From: a virus
Taxonomy: Duplodnaviria; Caudoviricetes
DNA length: 64,000 nt
IMG/VR virus record: IMGVR_UViG_3300024344_003081
Strand: one strand, 5' to 3'
In this document: one piece after another, positions 1 through 7,567 of the stretch
How positions within the stretch are numbered: the first letter of the stretch is position 1
How the letters are laid out: each line of letters begins with the position of its first letter
Program-made: the position numbers and the translations under genes
The notes under the pieces: model-generated
The model's input: only the letters and a program-made list of their open reading frames with translations
Told to the model about the DNA's origin: nothing
Database searches by the model: none

Positions 1-17
1 AAGGTACCGATGAAGAC

Positions 18-383
18 ATGGATCCTTATTTTGGAAGTAGACGAATGCATCCAAATTTTTCAGAAGAAGATTTTAATGTATTTCTCTTTCCTGAATTGGA
101 TTATACGAATGCTATAATATATGATTTGAAAATGGTTAGGACTCGTATCATGATAATGAAACCTAAAACTTGTTTATCAGTACACGAGGATCCAGCAAAA
201 CGTATTCATATACCAATAGAGACAAATGAAAATTGTTTTCTTATGATAAATCAGTATGCACATCATTTGTTTGCTGATGGATCTGCATATCTTTGTGATA
301 CTACTCAACCTCATACTGCAATTAATGCGGGACTTGATATCAATCGTATGCATTTAGTTGGTATAAATCCAGAAATGTCTTGA
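18..383 (+). CDS. Asp/Asn beta-hydroxylase-like cupin oxygenase (may start upstream of window)
   Basis: RIMIMKP..VHED..RIHIPI..GSAYLCDT..PHTAIN..RMHL pattern; paralog at 40460. Confidence 0.65.
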   Translation: MDPYFGSRRMHPNFSEEDFNVFLFPELDYTNAIIYDLKMVRTRIMIMKPKTCLSVHEDPAKRIHIPIETNENCFLMINQYAHHLFADGSAYLCDTTQPHTAINAGLDINRMHLVGINPEMS

Positions 384-408
384 CACTTCTTTTCAAATTA
401 GAGATAAT
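380..408 (+). promoter_or_regulatory. sigma70-type phage early promoter
   Basis: TTGACA 380-385, 17 bp spacer, GATAAT 403-408; same consensus at 1325, 3736, 4802. Confidence 0.7.
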
Positions 409-530
409 GGATGTAGAAAAGGAGAAAATATGACTTTGAGTGAACTAAAAAAATATGATGCAGTTTTAAGAATGTCCCGTTACTCTACTAAGAGGAAGGG
501 GAATGAAAGGAAACGCATATCTAAAATGGC

Positions 531-761
531 ATGTCGTGGAAAGATTCGTATATGATTTGTACTAATTGTGGAATTGTTATAAACAAAGGAATTGATATAA
601 GTCATCTTTGGAATAATCCTGAAGATTCTGTATATGCATGTTCTGAAAGATGTGCCGAAGAGGCTCCTAAAAATTGGTTGTCAGATAATCCGACAACTCT
701 TTATAAAAATAAATTCAAACAAAAAGGAAACTACAAAAGCCCTAATTTTGAGAAAGGATAA
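531..761 (+). CDS. small Cys-rich (zinc-binding) hypothetical protein
   Basis: CTNCG and CSERC motifs. Confidence 0.5.
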   Translation: MSWKDSYMICTNCGIVINKGIDISHLWNNPEDSVYACSERCAEEAPKNWLSDNPTTLYKNKFKQKGNYKSPNFEKG

Positions 762-762
762 A

Positions 763-933
763 ATGGGAACAGAAAAAAAGAAATTTAATGATCATATGAT
801 TAAAGAAACTGAGAAAATTCCTCAACATGTCTTAGATGATATTCGTGGAGATGAGATTAGAATGTATAGAAAAGAACAGGCTCAAAGAGACATGTATAAC
901 GATCCCGATTTAAATTGGAGTGGTTTGAGATAA
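763..933 (+). CDS. hypothetical protein
   Basis: ATG 763 after AAGGA; shortened from track ORF 634..933. Confidence 0.5.
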   Translation: MGTEKKKFNDHMIKETEKIPQHVLDDIRGDEIRMYRKEQAQRDMYNDPDLNWSGLR

Positions 934-1217
934 TGGATCAATATTTAGGACCTCTCAAACATCGTGGAAGGTTCTTTTTGAAACTTAAAAAACGATTAAA
1001 TTTTCCTGCATTCACGATTCATGTATTAGTGAATAGACACGGAAATGAAGCTACTTTTTATAACATAAAGAATGAAAATAACGTTGTTATTGATGAAGGC
1101 GATTGTATTGCAGTAACCGCAACGGTTGCTAAACATAAAAAATACAAAGGAGAGCCTCAAACCTACCTTAATAGAGTTGTTTTGCTTGAAAATAAAGGAA
1201 AACTCTCTGCAGAATGA
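933..1217 (+). CDS. hypothetical phage protein, OB-fold-like C-terminus
   Basis: TAATG coupling at 931-935; GDCIAVTATVAKHKKYKGEPQTYLNRV motif. Confidence 0.55.
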   Translation: MDQYLGPLKHRGRFFLKLKKRLNFPAFTIHVLVNRHGNEATFYNIKNENNVVIDEGDCIAVTATVAKHKKYKGEPQTYLNRVVLLENKGKLSAE

Positions 1218-1221
1218 TATT

Positions 1222-1295
1222 GCGAGTGTCGTATAATGGCAATACCTGAGATTTCCAATCTTATAATGCGGGTTCGATTCCTGTCACTCGCTCCA
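1222..1295 (+). tRNA. trnG: tRNA-Gly(TCC)
   Basis: acceptor GCGAGTG/CACTCGC, anticodon loop ttTCCaa, TTCGA T-loop, U discriminator, encoded CCA. Confidence 0.9.
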
Positions 1296-1305
1296 ATTTC
1301 CCTCC

Positions 1306-1393
1306 AAAATAACCAATTTTTATCTTGACACTCCATCTCGTTTTTGAGATAATATACATGAAGGTCGGGAAGTCCTCCTGACTATAACCCCCC
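1306..1393 (+). promoter_or_regulatory. repeated early promoter + leader hairpin, copy 1
   Basis: TTGACA 1325-1330, GATAAT 1348-1353, hairpin GTCGGGA/TCCTGAC, then AACCCCCC. Confidence 0.8.
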
Positions 1394-1406
1394 ATAGAGA
1401 ATTAAA

Positions 1407-1574
1407 ATGTTTAAATTGACTGTGTTCTATGAAGGATTTGATGGAACTTTGTCATCTTCGGAATTTATCTTTCCTTATGATGGTGAAGACGAAGTTAAAG
1501 ATATCATTAGACATTATAAAACTGGTGGTAGAATTGTAATAACTGAACCTGTATCTGAATTACTGGGAGTTTAA
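1407..1574 (+). CDS. small hypothetical protein (55 aa)
   Basis: open frame MFKLTVFYEG..ELLGV directly after promoter copy 1; absent from the track. Confidence 0.5.
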   Translation: MFKLTVFYEGFDGTLSSSEFIFPYDGEDEVKDIIRHYKTGGRIVITEPVSELLGV

Positions 1575-1576
1575 TT

Positions 1577-1945
1577 ATGAGTGAAATAATAAAAGAAGCA
1601 ATGACCGATAAGATGGATGATCTGCTTGATCATATGAGAGAAAATTATGTCAAATGGTCAAGATCAGGACCAGATGGATCAACTGATATAAAAACTGAAA
1701 TGGAAGAAGAGTATGCTGATGGTCTTGTTTACGAATATGGTTCTAAATACATAAAAGTAATAAGCGGAAAGAGAAATCAAAATTCTGTTTGTCTTTTTGT
1801 TGTGAATACTGATCGTGATAAAAAATTTCGTTTTGGAGACATTTTGAAGCCTGCTGGTTGGGCCGCTCCTGCTAGAAATTTTGCTAGAGGAAATGTTTTC
1901 GAAGAAGATGGTTTTAACAGAGTACAATGGACAGGAGCCTACTAA
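1577..1945 (+). CDS. conserved T4-like phage hypothetical protein
   Basis: KYIKV..SV..FV..GDILKPAGWAAPARNFARGNV motif familiar from aquatic myophages. Confidence 0.65.
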   Translation: MSEIIKEAMTDKMDDLLDHMRENYVKWSRSGPDGSTDIKTEMEEEYADGLVYEYGSKYIKVISGKRNQNSVCLFVVNTDRDKKFRFGDILKPAGWAAPARNFARGNVFEEDGFNRVQWTGAY

Positions 1946-2515
1946 ATGAAAGTTAATCTTCATTGCAGAAATTTTGATCAAGGTGTTAAGGATGCAATTT
2001 ATGGTATGGTTGGTTACGGCCTAGCTAAATTGCTTCCTGATCGTGAGAGACTTTTAAATAATGTTGAAATAGATGTACATATGAGGCGCCATGATGATGG
2101 TGGCGAAGCAAGAATTAAACCTGGTACTAATACCTATAGACCAAGAAAGTTTCAAATCATTCTCGACCATCGTAAAATGAATGAAGATGAATATGGTCGT
2201 AGAAGAGGAGATGATGAATGGGTTCATCAGATACTTGAAACTTTGGCTCATGAATTAGTACATATTAAACAATATCTTCTTGGAGAATTAACCTGGAAAC
2301 ACGGTAAATTACTTTGGAAAAATCAACATTATATTACAGATGATTTAACAGAATATTTCGAACTACCATATGAAATAGAAGCACATGGTAGACAACGTGG
2401 TTTGTTTTTAGCATTCATTTCAGTTTGGGATGATTTTGTTAAAGACTTAGAAAAAATAGCTAAAGGGGAGACTGAGCAAGTGGCGAGCCCAACTGACTGT
2501 AAATCAGCCGTCTAA
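1946..2515 (+). CDS. HExxH putative zinc metallopeptidase-like protein
   Basis: LAHELVHIKQY..PYEIEA motif. Confidence 0.65.
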   Translation: MKVNLHCRNFDQGVKDAIYGMVGYGLAKLLPDRERLLNNVEIDVHMRRHDDGGEARIKPGTNTYRPRKFQIILDHRKMNEDEYGRRRGDDEWVHQILETLAHELVHIKQYLLGELTWKHGKLLWKNQHYITDDLTEYFELPYEIEAHGRQRGLFLAFISVWDDFVKDLEKIAKGETEQVASPTDCKSAV

Positions 2516-2549
2516 GACTGTGATGGTTCGACTCCATCTCTCCCCACCA
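2465..2549 (+). tRNA. trnY: tRNA-Tyr(GTA)
   Basis: GGGGAGA/TCTCCCC acceptor, ctGTAaa loop, long variable arm, TTCGA, CCA. Confidence 0.9.
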
Positions 2550-2569
2550 ATATATAATAAATAAATATT

Positions 2570-2701
2570 ATGAATCCATTTAAACCAAATAGTAGTAGAG
2601 TAGATAAATTAGAAAATCAGATATTAAATCTTAAAGAACGAATTGCTAAATTGGAAAGAGATTTAACGTATCACATTAAAAACGAAAAATGTTCGGATTA
2701 G
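2570..2701 (+). CDS. small coiled-coil hypothetical protein (43 aa)
   Basis: open frame MNPFKP..LENQILNLKERIAKLERDL.. Confidence 0.4.
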   Translation: MNPFKPNSSRVDKLENQILNLKERIAKLERDLTYHIKNEKCSD

Positions 2702-2794
2702 AAGTATTAATTCCATTTATACCATGGCTTACTTATTCTTGGTTATGGAAAAATTCAATATGGATTGCATTGATTAGTTCAACAATATATCATT

Positions 2795-2970
2795 GGGACA
2801 AGCCGCACGGATTTTGTTCAGTTGCATCAGGCTGTCCTTTCTAAAGATTAGCTAACCACTTCCCGAGAGAGTAGGGTGCAACCGTAGTACACTCCTACTA
2901 TAGAGTGAAGTGCTATGAGGGATAAGGTGATCATGGAGAATAACCTGCAGGCCATGTATAGACTTATCCC
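2795..2970 (+). ncRNA. candidate structured ncRNA upstream of tRNA-Asp
   Basis: three consecutive GC-rich hairpins in an AT-rich genome; no long ORF; strand inferred from neighbours. Confidence 0.5.
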
Positions 2971-2981
2971 TTGCTATTTAC

Positions 2982-3058
2982 GGTCCCATCGTCTAGGCGG
3001 CCTAGGACACCGGCCTGTCACGCCGGCAACATGGGTTCGAATCCCATTGGGACCGCCA
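2982..3058 (+). tRNA. trnD: tRNA-Asp(GTC)
   Basis: GGTCCCA/TGGGACC acceptor, CCGGC-ctGTCac-GCCGG arm, TTCGA, CCA. Confidence 0.95.
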
Positions 3059-3084
3059 CTCCACACTTGAACTATAAATTTATT

Positions 3085-3717
3085 ATGAAAAATGTATTTT
3101 ATTTTATTACAGCATTAATTTTAATCGCAGGATGTGCGAACATCGAAGAAGAACATGATGTAGATTCGACTTCAACTTCAACTAATTCAGTTGTAGCTAC
3201 AAGTGGAACAAAATTTTCTAGTCCACGAACTGCATCTATAGATACAAAAGAAATATGGAGAACAGGATGCTATTCTAATCAAAATGCAGAGGAGTTAGAA
3301 GGAAATGAAATAAGAGATAATTCAACCAATTATTTTTCATTTTCATTTGAAGATAATACAATATCTGCTAAAGTGGAAAAATATTCTGATGACAATTGTT
3401 CTGTGAAATATTATTCACATAATGAATTTTTTACTTATTCTATGATAGATTCTTCAAGATTTACAGCAACAAGTGGATCTTTTGTAGAATTGACTCCACA
3501 ATCTAATGAAGCAGTAGACTTTTTTAATAAAAATACTACATGTAAATATGACGAATGGGAGTTAAATGTTACAAAAAAATGTGATAATGAGATTTTAGGA
3601 CTTGAGTCGCAAACTGTTTATTGTTCTTATTATTATGAAGAAAATGCGTTATATTCAACGTGTGATCCTGATGATTATCCCACAGAAGATTATACTGAAT
3701 TTACTAGAATTTATTAA
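3085..3717 (+). CDS. putative lipoprotein
   Basis: MKN + hydrophobic stretch + lipobox LIAG-C; Ser/Thr-rich linker. Confidence 0.7.
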   Translation: MKNVFYFITALILIAGCANIEEEHDVDSTSTSTNSVVATSGTKFSSPRTASIDTKEIWRTGCYSNQNAEELEGNEIRDNSTNYFSFSFEDNTISAKVEKYSDDNCSVKYYSHNEFFTYSMIDSSRFTATSGSFVELTPQSNEAVDFFNKNTTCKYDEWELNVTKKCDNEILGLESQTVYCSYYYEENALYSTCDPDDYPTEDYTEFTRIY

Positions 3718-3803
3718 AAAAAACCATTTTTTAGCTTGACAGTCCCACCGGTTTTTGAGATAATATAAGTGAAGGTTAGGAATTCTCCTGACTATTAACC
3801 CCC
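3718..3803 (+). promoter_or_regulatory. repeated early promoter + leader hairpin, copy 2
   Basis: TTGACA 3736-3741, GATAAT 3759-3764, hairpin GTTAGGA/TCCTGAC, AACCCCC. Confidence 0.8.
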
Positions 3804-3820
3804 AAAAGAGATTTTTTATT

Positions 3821-4063
3821 ATGACAAAATCAAAGTTCGTTGCGAAATTGATGAAGAAAGGAGAATTTCTCTCTTCAGGAACGTTTGAATCTTTGGAAGA
3901 AGCAAGATTGTGGGCGATGAAAGAAGCCAAATTGCTGATTTCTGATTTGGAAATGTTGAGAAGCACCAATATTGGTGACATAGTTGTTGAAATTGATAAG
4001 CATTTTACTGAATATGAGATTTCAACTGATGAACTTTTTAAGAATAGTGTGAGGGCAATATGA
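3821..4063 (+). CDS. hypothetical protein
   Basis: ORF directly after promoter copy 2. Confidence 0.6.
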   Translation: MTKSKFVAKLMKKGEFLSSGTFESLEEARLWAMKEAKLLISDLEMLRSTNIGDIVVEIDKHFTEYEISTDELFKNSVRAI

Positions 4064-4362
4064 GAAAAACCGTTGCAAATGAAATTTTTAAACAGTTAGG
4101 TGGACAAAAATTTGTTACCATGACAGGAGCCAATAGTTTCATTGATCTTGAGAATGGTATTCGAATGAAGATTGGTCGAAACAAGACCAATGCAAACTTA
4201 TTAGAAGTTGTTCTAAACAGTATGGACACTTACGATGTAACTTTTGCTAAGTTGACTCGTTTGGGTGAGTGGAAGTCGGTTAGAGAATATAAGAATGTTT
4301 ATAATGATTCTCTGGTAGAACTTTTTGAAAGACATACTGGAATGTATACGAAATTATTTTAG
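4060..4362 (+). CDS. conserved phage hypothetical protein
   Basis: IFKQLGG.KF..MTGA..DTY..L..LFE.HTGMYTKL motif; ATGA coupling. Confidence 0.65.
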   Translation: MRKTVANEIFKQLGGQKFVTMTGANSFIDLENGIRMKIGRNKTNANLLEVVLNSMDTYDVTFAKLTRLGEWKSVREYKNVYNDSLVELFERHTGMYTKLF

Positions 4363-4782
4363 GAGAAATTATGAAAATGTTTCTTGAAGAAATTGCAACC
4401 CTAGTATTGTTATTTGGTATAGCATATTTGGCAATACTTTTTATGTTTATTCTTATATAGGAGATTTTATGATAAAATATATTGCAGTTGCTACAGTAGC
4501 TTATATGATATATGCTGGAGTATTTAGTGTTAGCTTTTCTAGTGATGAAGTTGGGGTTGGATTTAATCCCAGTAAAGTTGCTACTAGATTTGTATCTGAT
4601 GTTTCAACTATATTTGAAAGTGTAAAATGAGTATGATAATGTGTAAATATGGGTGTCTAAGTGATACCGATTACTTTCCAGAATTTGGATATGATGTAGT
4701 AACTGGTGAATACACTTGTGAACCTTGCTATGAAAATGAAGAATTTGTAGTTTCAGAAGAAGACGAACTCATTTTTTAATCC

Positions 4783-4870
4783 AAAAAAACCAATTTTTAT
4801 CTTGACACTATGGTGTGGTTTTGAGATAATATAAGTGAAGGTTAGGAATTCTTCCTGACTATTAACCCCC
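4783..4870 (+). promoter_or_regulatory. repeated early promoter + leader hairpin, copy 3
   Basis: TTGACA 4802-4807, GATAAT 4825-4830, hairpin GTTAGGAA/TTCCTGAC, AACCCCC. Confidence 0.8.
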
Positions 4871-4884
4871 AAAAAGAAATTATT

Positions 4885-5124
4885 ATGAATGCTAGTTTGA
4901 ATCATGCACTTGAAAAAGAAGTGACCCACGCAAGAAAATTTAAACTGAGAAAACTCAAAATGGTTTGTAATGAACTTGAAGCCGCAGAACGAAAAGTTGA
5001 TGAACTTAGAGGCGTTAAGTGGGGTTTGGTTACTGATCTCAAAAATTTAGGTCACGATTTTACAGCCACTACTGAGGGCATGGATATAGTTTTGTCTTCT
5101 TCACCTTCTTTTAATTGGAGTTAA
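4885..5124 (+). CDS. hypothetical protein
   Basis: ORF directly after promoter copy 3. Confidence 0.55.
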   Translation: MNASLNHALEKEVTHARKFKLRKLKMVCNELEAAERKVDELRGVKWGLVTDLKNLGHDFTATTEGMDIVLSSSPSFNWS

Positions 5125-5126
5125 TT

Positions 5127-5681
5127 ATGAGTACAAATAGTTTAGTAGCGTATTTAAGTAATGATGGAACAGTTACTACATCCTATGTGCATTGGGATGG
5201 AAATACAACAAGTGTTGGATGGACTTTGTTAGAACATTACAATACTGCAGAAAAAGCAAAGGAATTAGCTACAACTTTGGGTTATGCATCTTCCTTGTAT
5301 GAAACAATTGAAAAGTCTCATGCAGATCGTGCAAATACAGATGAAGCAATAGTTTACGAAAATTATCTTGATTTTGAGGAGTACATTCGTGAAAGTTCTT
5401 TTCTTGAGTATGTTTATATTTGGGTAGAACATAGAAATGAGTGGCAAGTTGCTACTTGGGAACACACAAAACTAGATACTATATCAGACGAAGGATTAGA
5501 ATTCCGATATGATTGGAATGGGTTTGGACTGCTGACTGATGTATTTACAAATGAAGCTGTTGAAGCTATAAAACGATTTAGAGACATTGCAGACAAAGGA
5601 AATTCTGATTATATAGGTTATGCAGAAGAACTGGAAGCAGGAATTTTAAAATATGCAATTGAAGAAACGACTTATGCTTAG
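5127..5681 (+). CDS. conserved phage hypothetical protein
   Basis: GGAG SD before ATG 5127; YVHWDG..VG..LLEHYNT motif. Confidence 0.65.
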   Translation: MSTNSLVAYLSNDGTVTTSYVHWDGNTTSVGWTLLEHYNTAEKAKELATTLGYASSLYETIEKSHADRANTDEAIVYENYLDFEEYIRESSFLEYVYIWVEHRNEWQVATWEHTKLDTISDEGLEFRYDWNGFGLLTDVFTNEAVEAIKRFRDIADKGNSDYIGYAEELEAGILKYAIEETTYA

Positions 5682-5871
5682 AATAAATATTGTTCGTGAA
5701 ATTTTTATTTTGCTTATTGCTCTTTTAATAATAAGTTATATTGCAAGCAGAATAAGTATTGAATATTACAATTTCATAAAGTATCATTTTATTTTGGGAT
5801 GTAGATATATGGAACTCCCACATGAAGTTTGGGCGTTCATGGATAAATATCTTTTCGAAGGACAATTATGA
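5674..5871 (+). CDS. small membrane protein
   Basis: hydrophobic segment IFILLIALLIISYIA. Confidence 0.45.
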   Translation: MLRINIVREIFILLIALLIISYIASRISIEYYNFIKYHFILGCRYMELPHEVWAFMDKYLFEGQL

Positions 5872-5946
5872 TCCCTCGTAGTTCAGTGGTAGAACGGTAG
5901 ACTGTTAATCTGCTTGTCGTTGGTTCGAATCCAGCCGAGGGAGCCA
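5872..5946 (+). tRNA. trnN: tRNA-Asn(GTT)
   Basis: TCCCTCG/CGAGGGA acceptor, ctGTTaa loop, TTCGA, CCA. Confidence 0.95.
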
Positions 5947-5975
5947 CTAGAATAAATACTTAATAGGAATTAATT

Positions 5976-6410
5976 ATGTTTGTAAAGATGGGTTCTCCTG
6001 CTAGAAAAAACAGAGCCTTTCATGTAAATATTGATAATCATGATGTTTGGAATTTAGATTCCACTCTTGCTCATATTATTCATCCTGCTCTTGTTCGTTT
6101 AAGGGAACGTGTACCACATTTTGGTTATCCAACCCCTTATGATGAAACAGAAGCATATCCAGAGCATTATTCTCAAGGATCATTTGAAGAAATTTTGGAT
6201 CGTGATGCAGAGAGCAAGTATTATGAAGAACTATGGATGGACAAACTTCAGAAAATGATTGATGCATTTGCAATGATTATTGATAAAGATGAAGACTATG
6301 ATGTTATTGCTCACCACGTAGATTATAAAGATGCAAGAAAAGCATGGTGGGATAAGATTGACGAAGGTCTGAATCTTTTCGCAGAGCATTATCAAGGTCT
6401 TTGGGATTAA
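5976..6410 (+). CDS. conserved phage hypothetical protein
   Basis: DVWNLDSTLA.II.P.L..W..KL.KMI.AF..GL.LF..Y..LWD motif; AGGA SD. Confidence 0.65.
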   Translation: MFVKMGSPARKNRAFHVNIDNHDVWNLDSTLAHIIHPALVRLRERVPHFGYPTPYDETEAYPEHYSQGSFEEILDRDAESKYYEELWMDKLQKMIDAFAMIIDKDEDYDVIAHHVDYKDARKAWWDKIDEGLNLFAEHYQGLWD

Positions 6411-6437
6411 AAATAAATTAAAATCCGAAAGGGGAGT

Positions 6438-6686
6438 ATGTTTGTACTTAAATATTGTGGTTCTTGAAATTATAGACCACAAGCAGAAAGTCTTTCCGCT
6501 AATATTAATAAATCTTTACTAGATACATGCGAAATTGAACAAGGAACAAAGGGCCAATTTGATTTATATCGAAACGGTGAATTGTTTTTAAGTAAAGATG
6601 AATTACAGAAATTTTTTACTTTTGAGGATGTACAATTCAAGTTGAAAGAGAAAGGACTTGGATTTTGGATGGAAAATTTGCGATAA
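6438..6686 (+). CDS. Rdx/SelW-like selenoprotein, 82 aa, in-frame UGA (Sec) at 6465-6467
   Basis: manual translation MFVLKYCGS(UGA)NYRPQAESLSANINKSLLDTCEIEQGTKGQFDLYRNGELFLSKDELQKFFTFEDVQFKLKEKGLGFWMENLR; CxxU and G..G.F.L..NG.L..SK motifs of the Rdx family. Confidence 0.8.
6482..6500 (+). promoter_or_regulatory. candidate bacterial SECIS hairpin
   Basis: AGC-A-GAAA[GTC]TTTC-C-GCT stem-loop, loop starting GU 23 nt after the UGA. Confidence 0.5.
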
Positions 6687-6689
6687 TGG

Positions 6690-6718
6690 TTGCTTTTTTT
6701 CTGATTTATTGCTATAAT
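6690..6718 (+). promoter_or_regulatory. sigma70-type promoter
   Basis: TTGCTT 6690-6695, 17 bp spacer, extended -10 TGC-TATAAT 6710-6718. Confidence 0.6.
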
Positions 6719-6737
6719 AATCTAATATAAGATTAAC

Positions 6738-6956
6738 ATGCCAAAAAAATATAAAAAGAAATTTAAAATATCAAGAGATGATCTGAATGTCAAAATTAAT
6801 GAATATTTGGAAAAGGGTGGGAAGATCACAAAACTGGAATGTATTATACCAGAACGACCTAGGACTGTACGGCAAGAAAGTCAAATGAAGAGTTTTAACA
6901 CTCCTGTAGTAGATCAAGATTTTTATGCTAGAGGAGCAGAAAAAGAAGCTGGATGA
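6738..6956 (+). CDS. hypothetical protein
   Basis: ORF after promoter; EYLEKGGKITKL motif. Confidence 0.55.
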   Translation: MPKKYKKKFKISRDDLNVKINEYLEKGGKITKLECIIPERPRTVRQESQMKSFNTPVVDQDFYARGAEKEAG

Positions 6957-7189
6957 AAATATTTATTTATCGTATTCCGATGTTATTAATGGGTTTTATA
7001 ACATCGGTTTTAGTAATTTTAAAATTGACAGATAAAATAAGTTGGAGTTGGAATGATGTGTTTCTTCCACTTCAGCTTTTTGTTATTTTGGGTGTATTTT
7101 TTGCACTTATACTTGTCTACTTAGACATAAAAAAGAAAAATTCTAAGAATTTTAACTTTTATTCCTTTAAGAGAAAAAAGAATAAATAA
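6953..7189 (+). CDS. small two-TM membrane protein
   Basis: two hydrophobic helices around LKLTDKISWSW. Confidence 0.55.
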   Translation: MKIFIYRIPMLLMGFITSVLVILKLTDKISWSWNDVFLPLQLFVILGVFFALILVYLDIKKKNSKNFNFYSFKRKKNK

Positions 7190-7209
7190 TAGAACAAGTT
7201 TTCAAAAAT

Positions 7210-7270
7210 GGCGCAGGGAGGTCTGAATGGACTAATGGATCTGCACCCCCACCATTCAGGCCGCGCCCCA
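7210..7270 (+). other. GC-rich intergenic stem-loop ending in CCA (possible small RNA)
   Basis: GGCGC/GCGCC plus 11-bp GGTCTGAATGG/CCATTCAGGCC stem. Confidence 0.45.
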
Positions 7271-7302
7271 CTACATAATCATTATATTATCAGGAGTTAA
7301 TA

Positions 7303-7557
7303 ATGTTGGGTTTTCCGACAACAAGAATAGAACTATTCTTTAGACCAGATCAAGATTGCTTGTTGGCACTTGAACCTGATGGTACATTTCATGAATTTGA
7401 TGTTAGAATGTTGCGAGAAGCAAAAGAATTATTTTCACGTTATCATGAAGCACATTTTCATGAAGAAGATAATTTAGACGAATTTCATGAGTTTTGTGGA
7501 AGAATGCAGGAGGAAAGTCCTGAAATGGAAGGAGTTATGTCTCCATATCTAAATTAA
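7303..7557 (+). CDS. hypothetical protein
   Basis: AGGAG SD, acidic ORF. Confidence 0.55.
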   Translation: MLGFPTTRIELFFRPDQDCLLALEPDGTFHEFDVRMLREAKELFSRYHEAHFHEEDNLDEFHEFCGRMQEESPEMEGVMSPYLN

Positions 7558-7567
7558 AAGGAGATCG

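Noticed and set aside
2971-3084. N-terminal extension of track ORF 2971..3717
   Set aside because: It runs through tRNA-Asp; the real start is ATG 3085 with a signal peptide
2550-7190. AATAAATA motifs as additional late promoters
   Set aside because: Expected by chance in such AT-rich DNA; only the exact TATAAATA at 8873 was kept
7190-7270. Possible tRNA-Sec (TTCAAA at 7201 next to a GC-rich stem)
   Set aside because: No D arm, anticodon stem or TTCGA T-loop can be built
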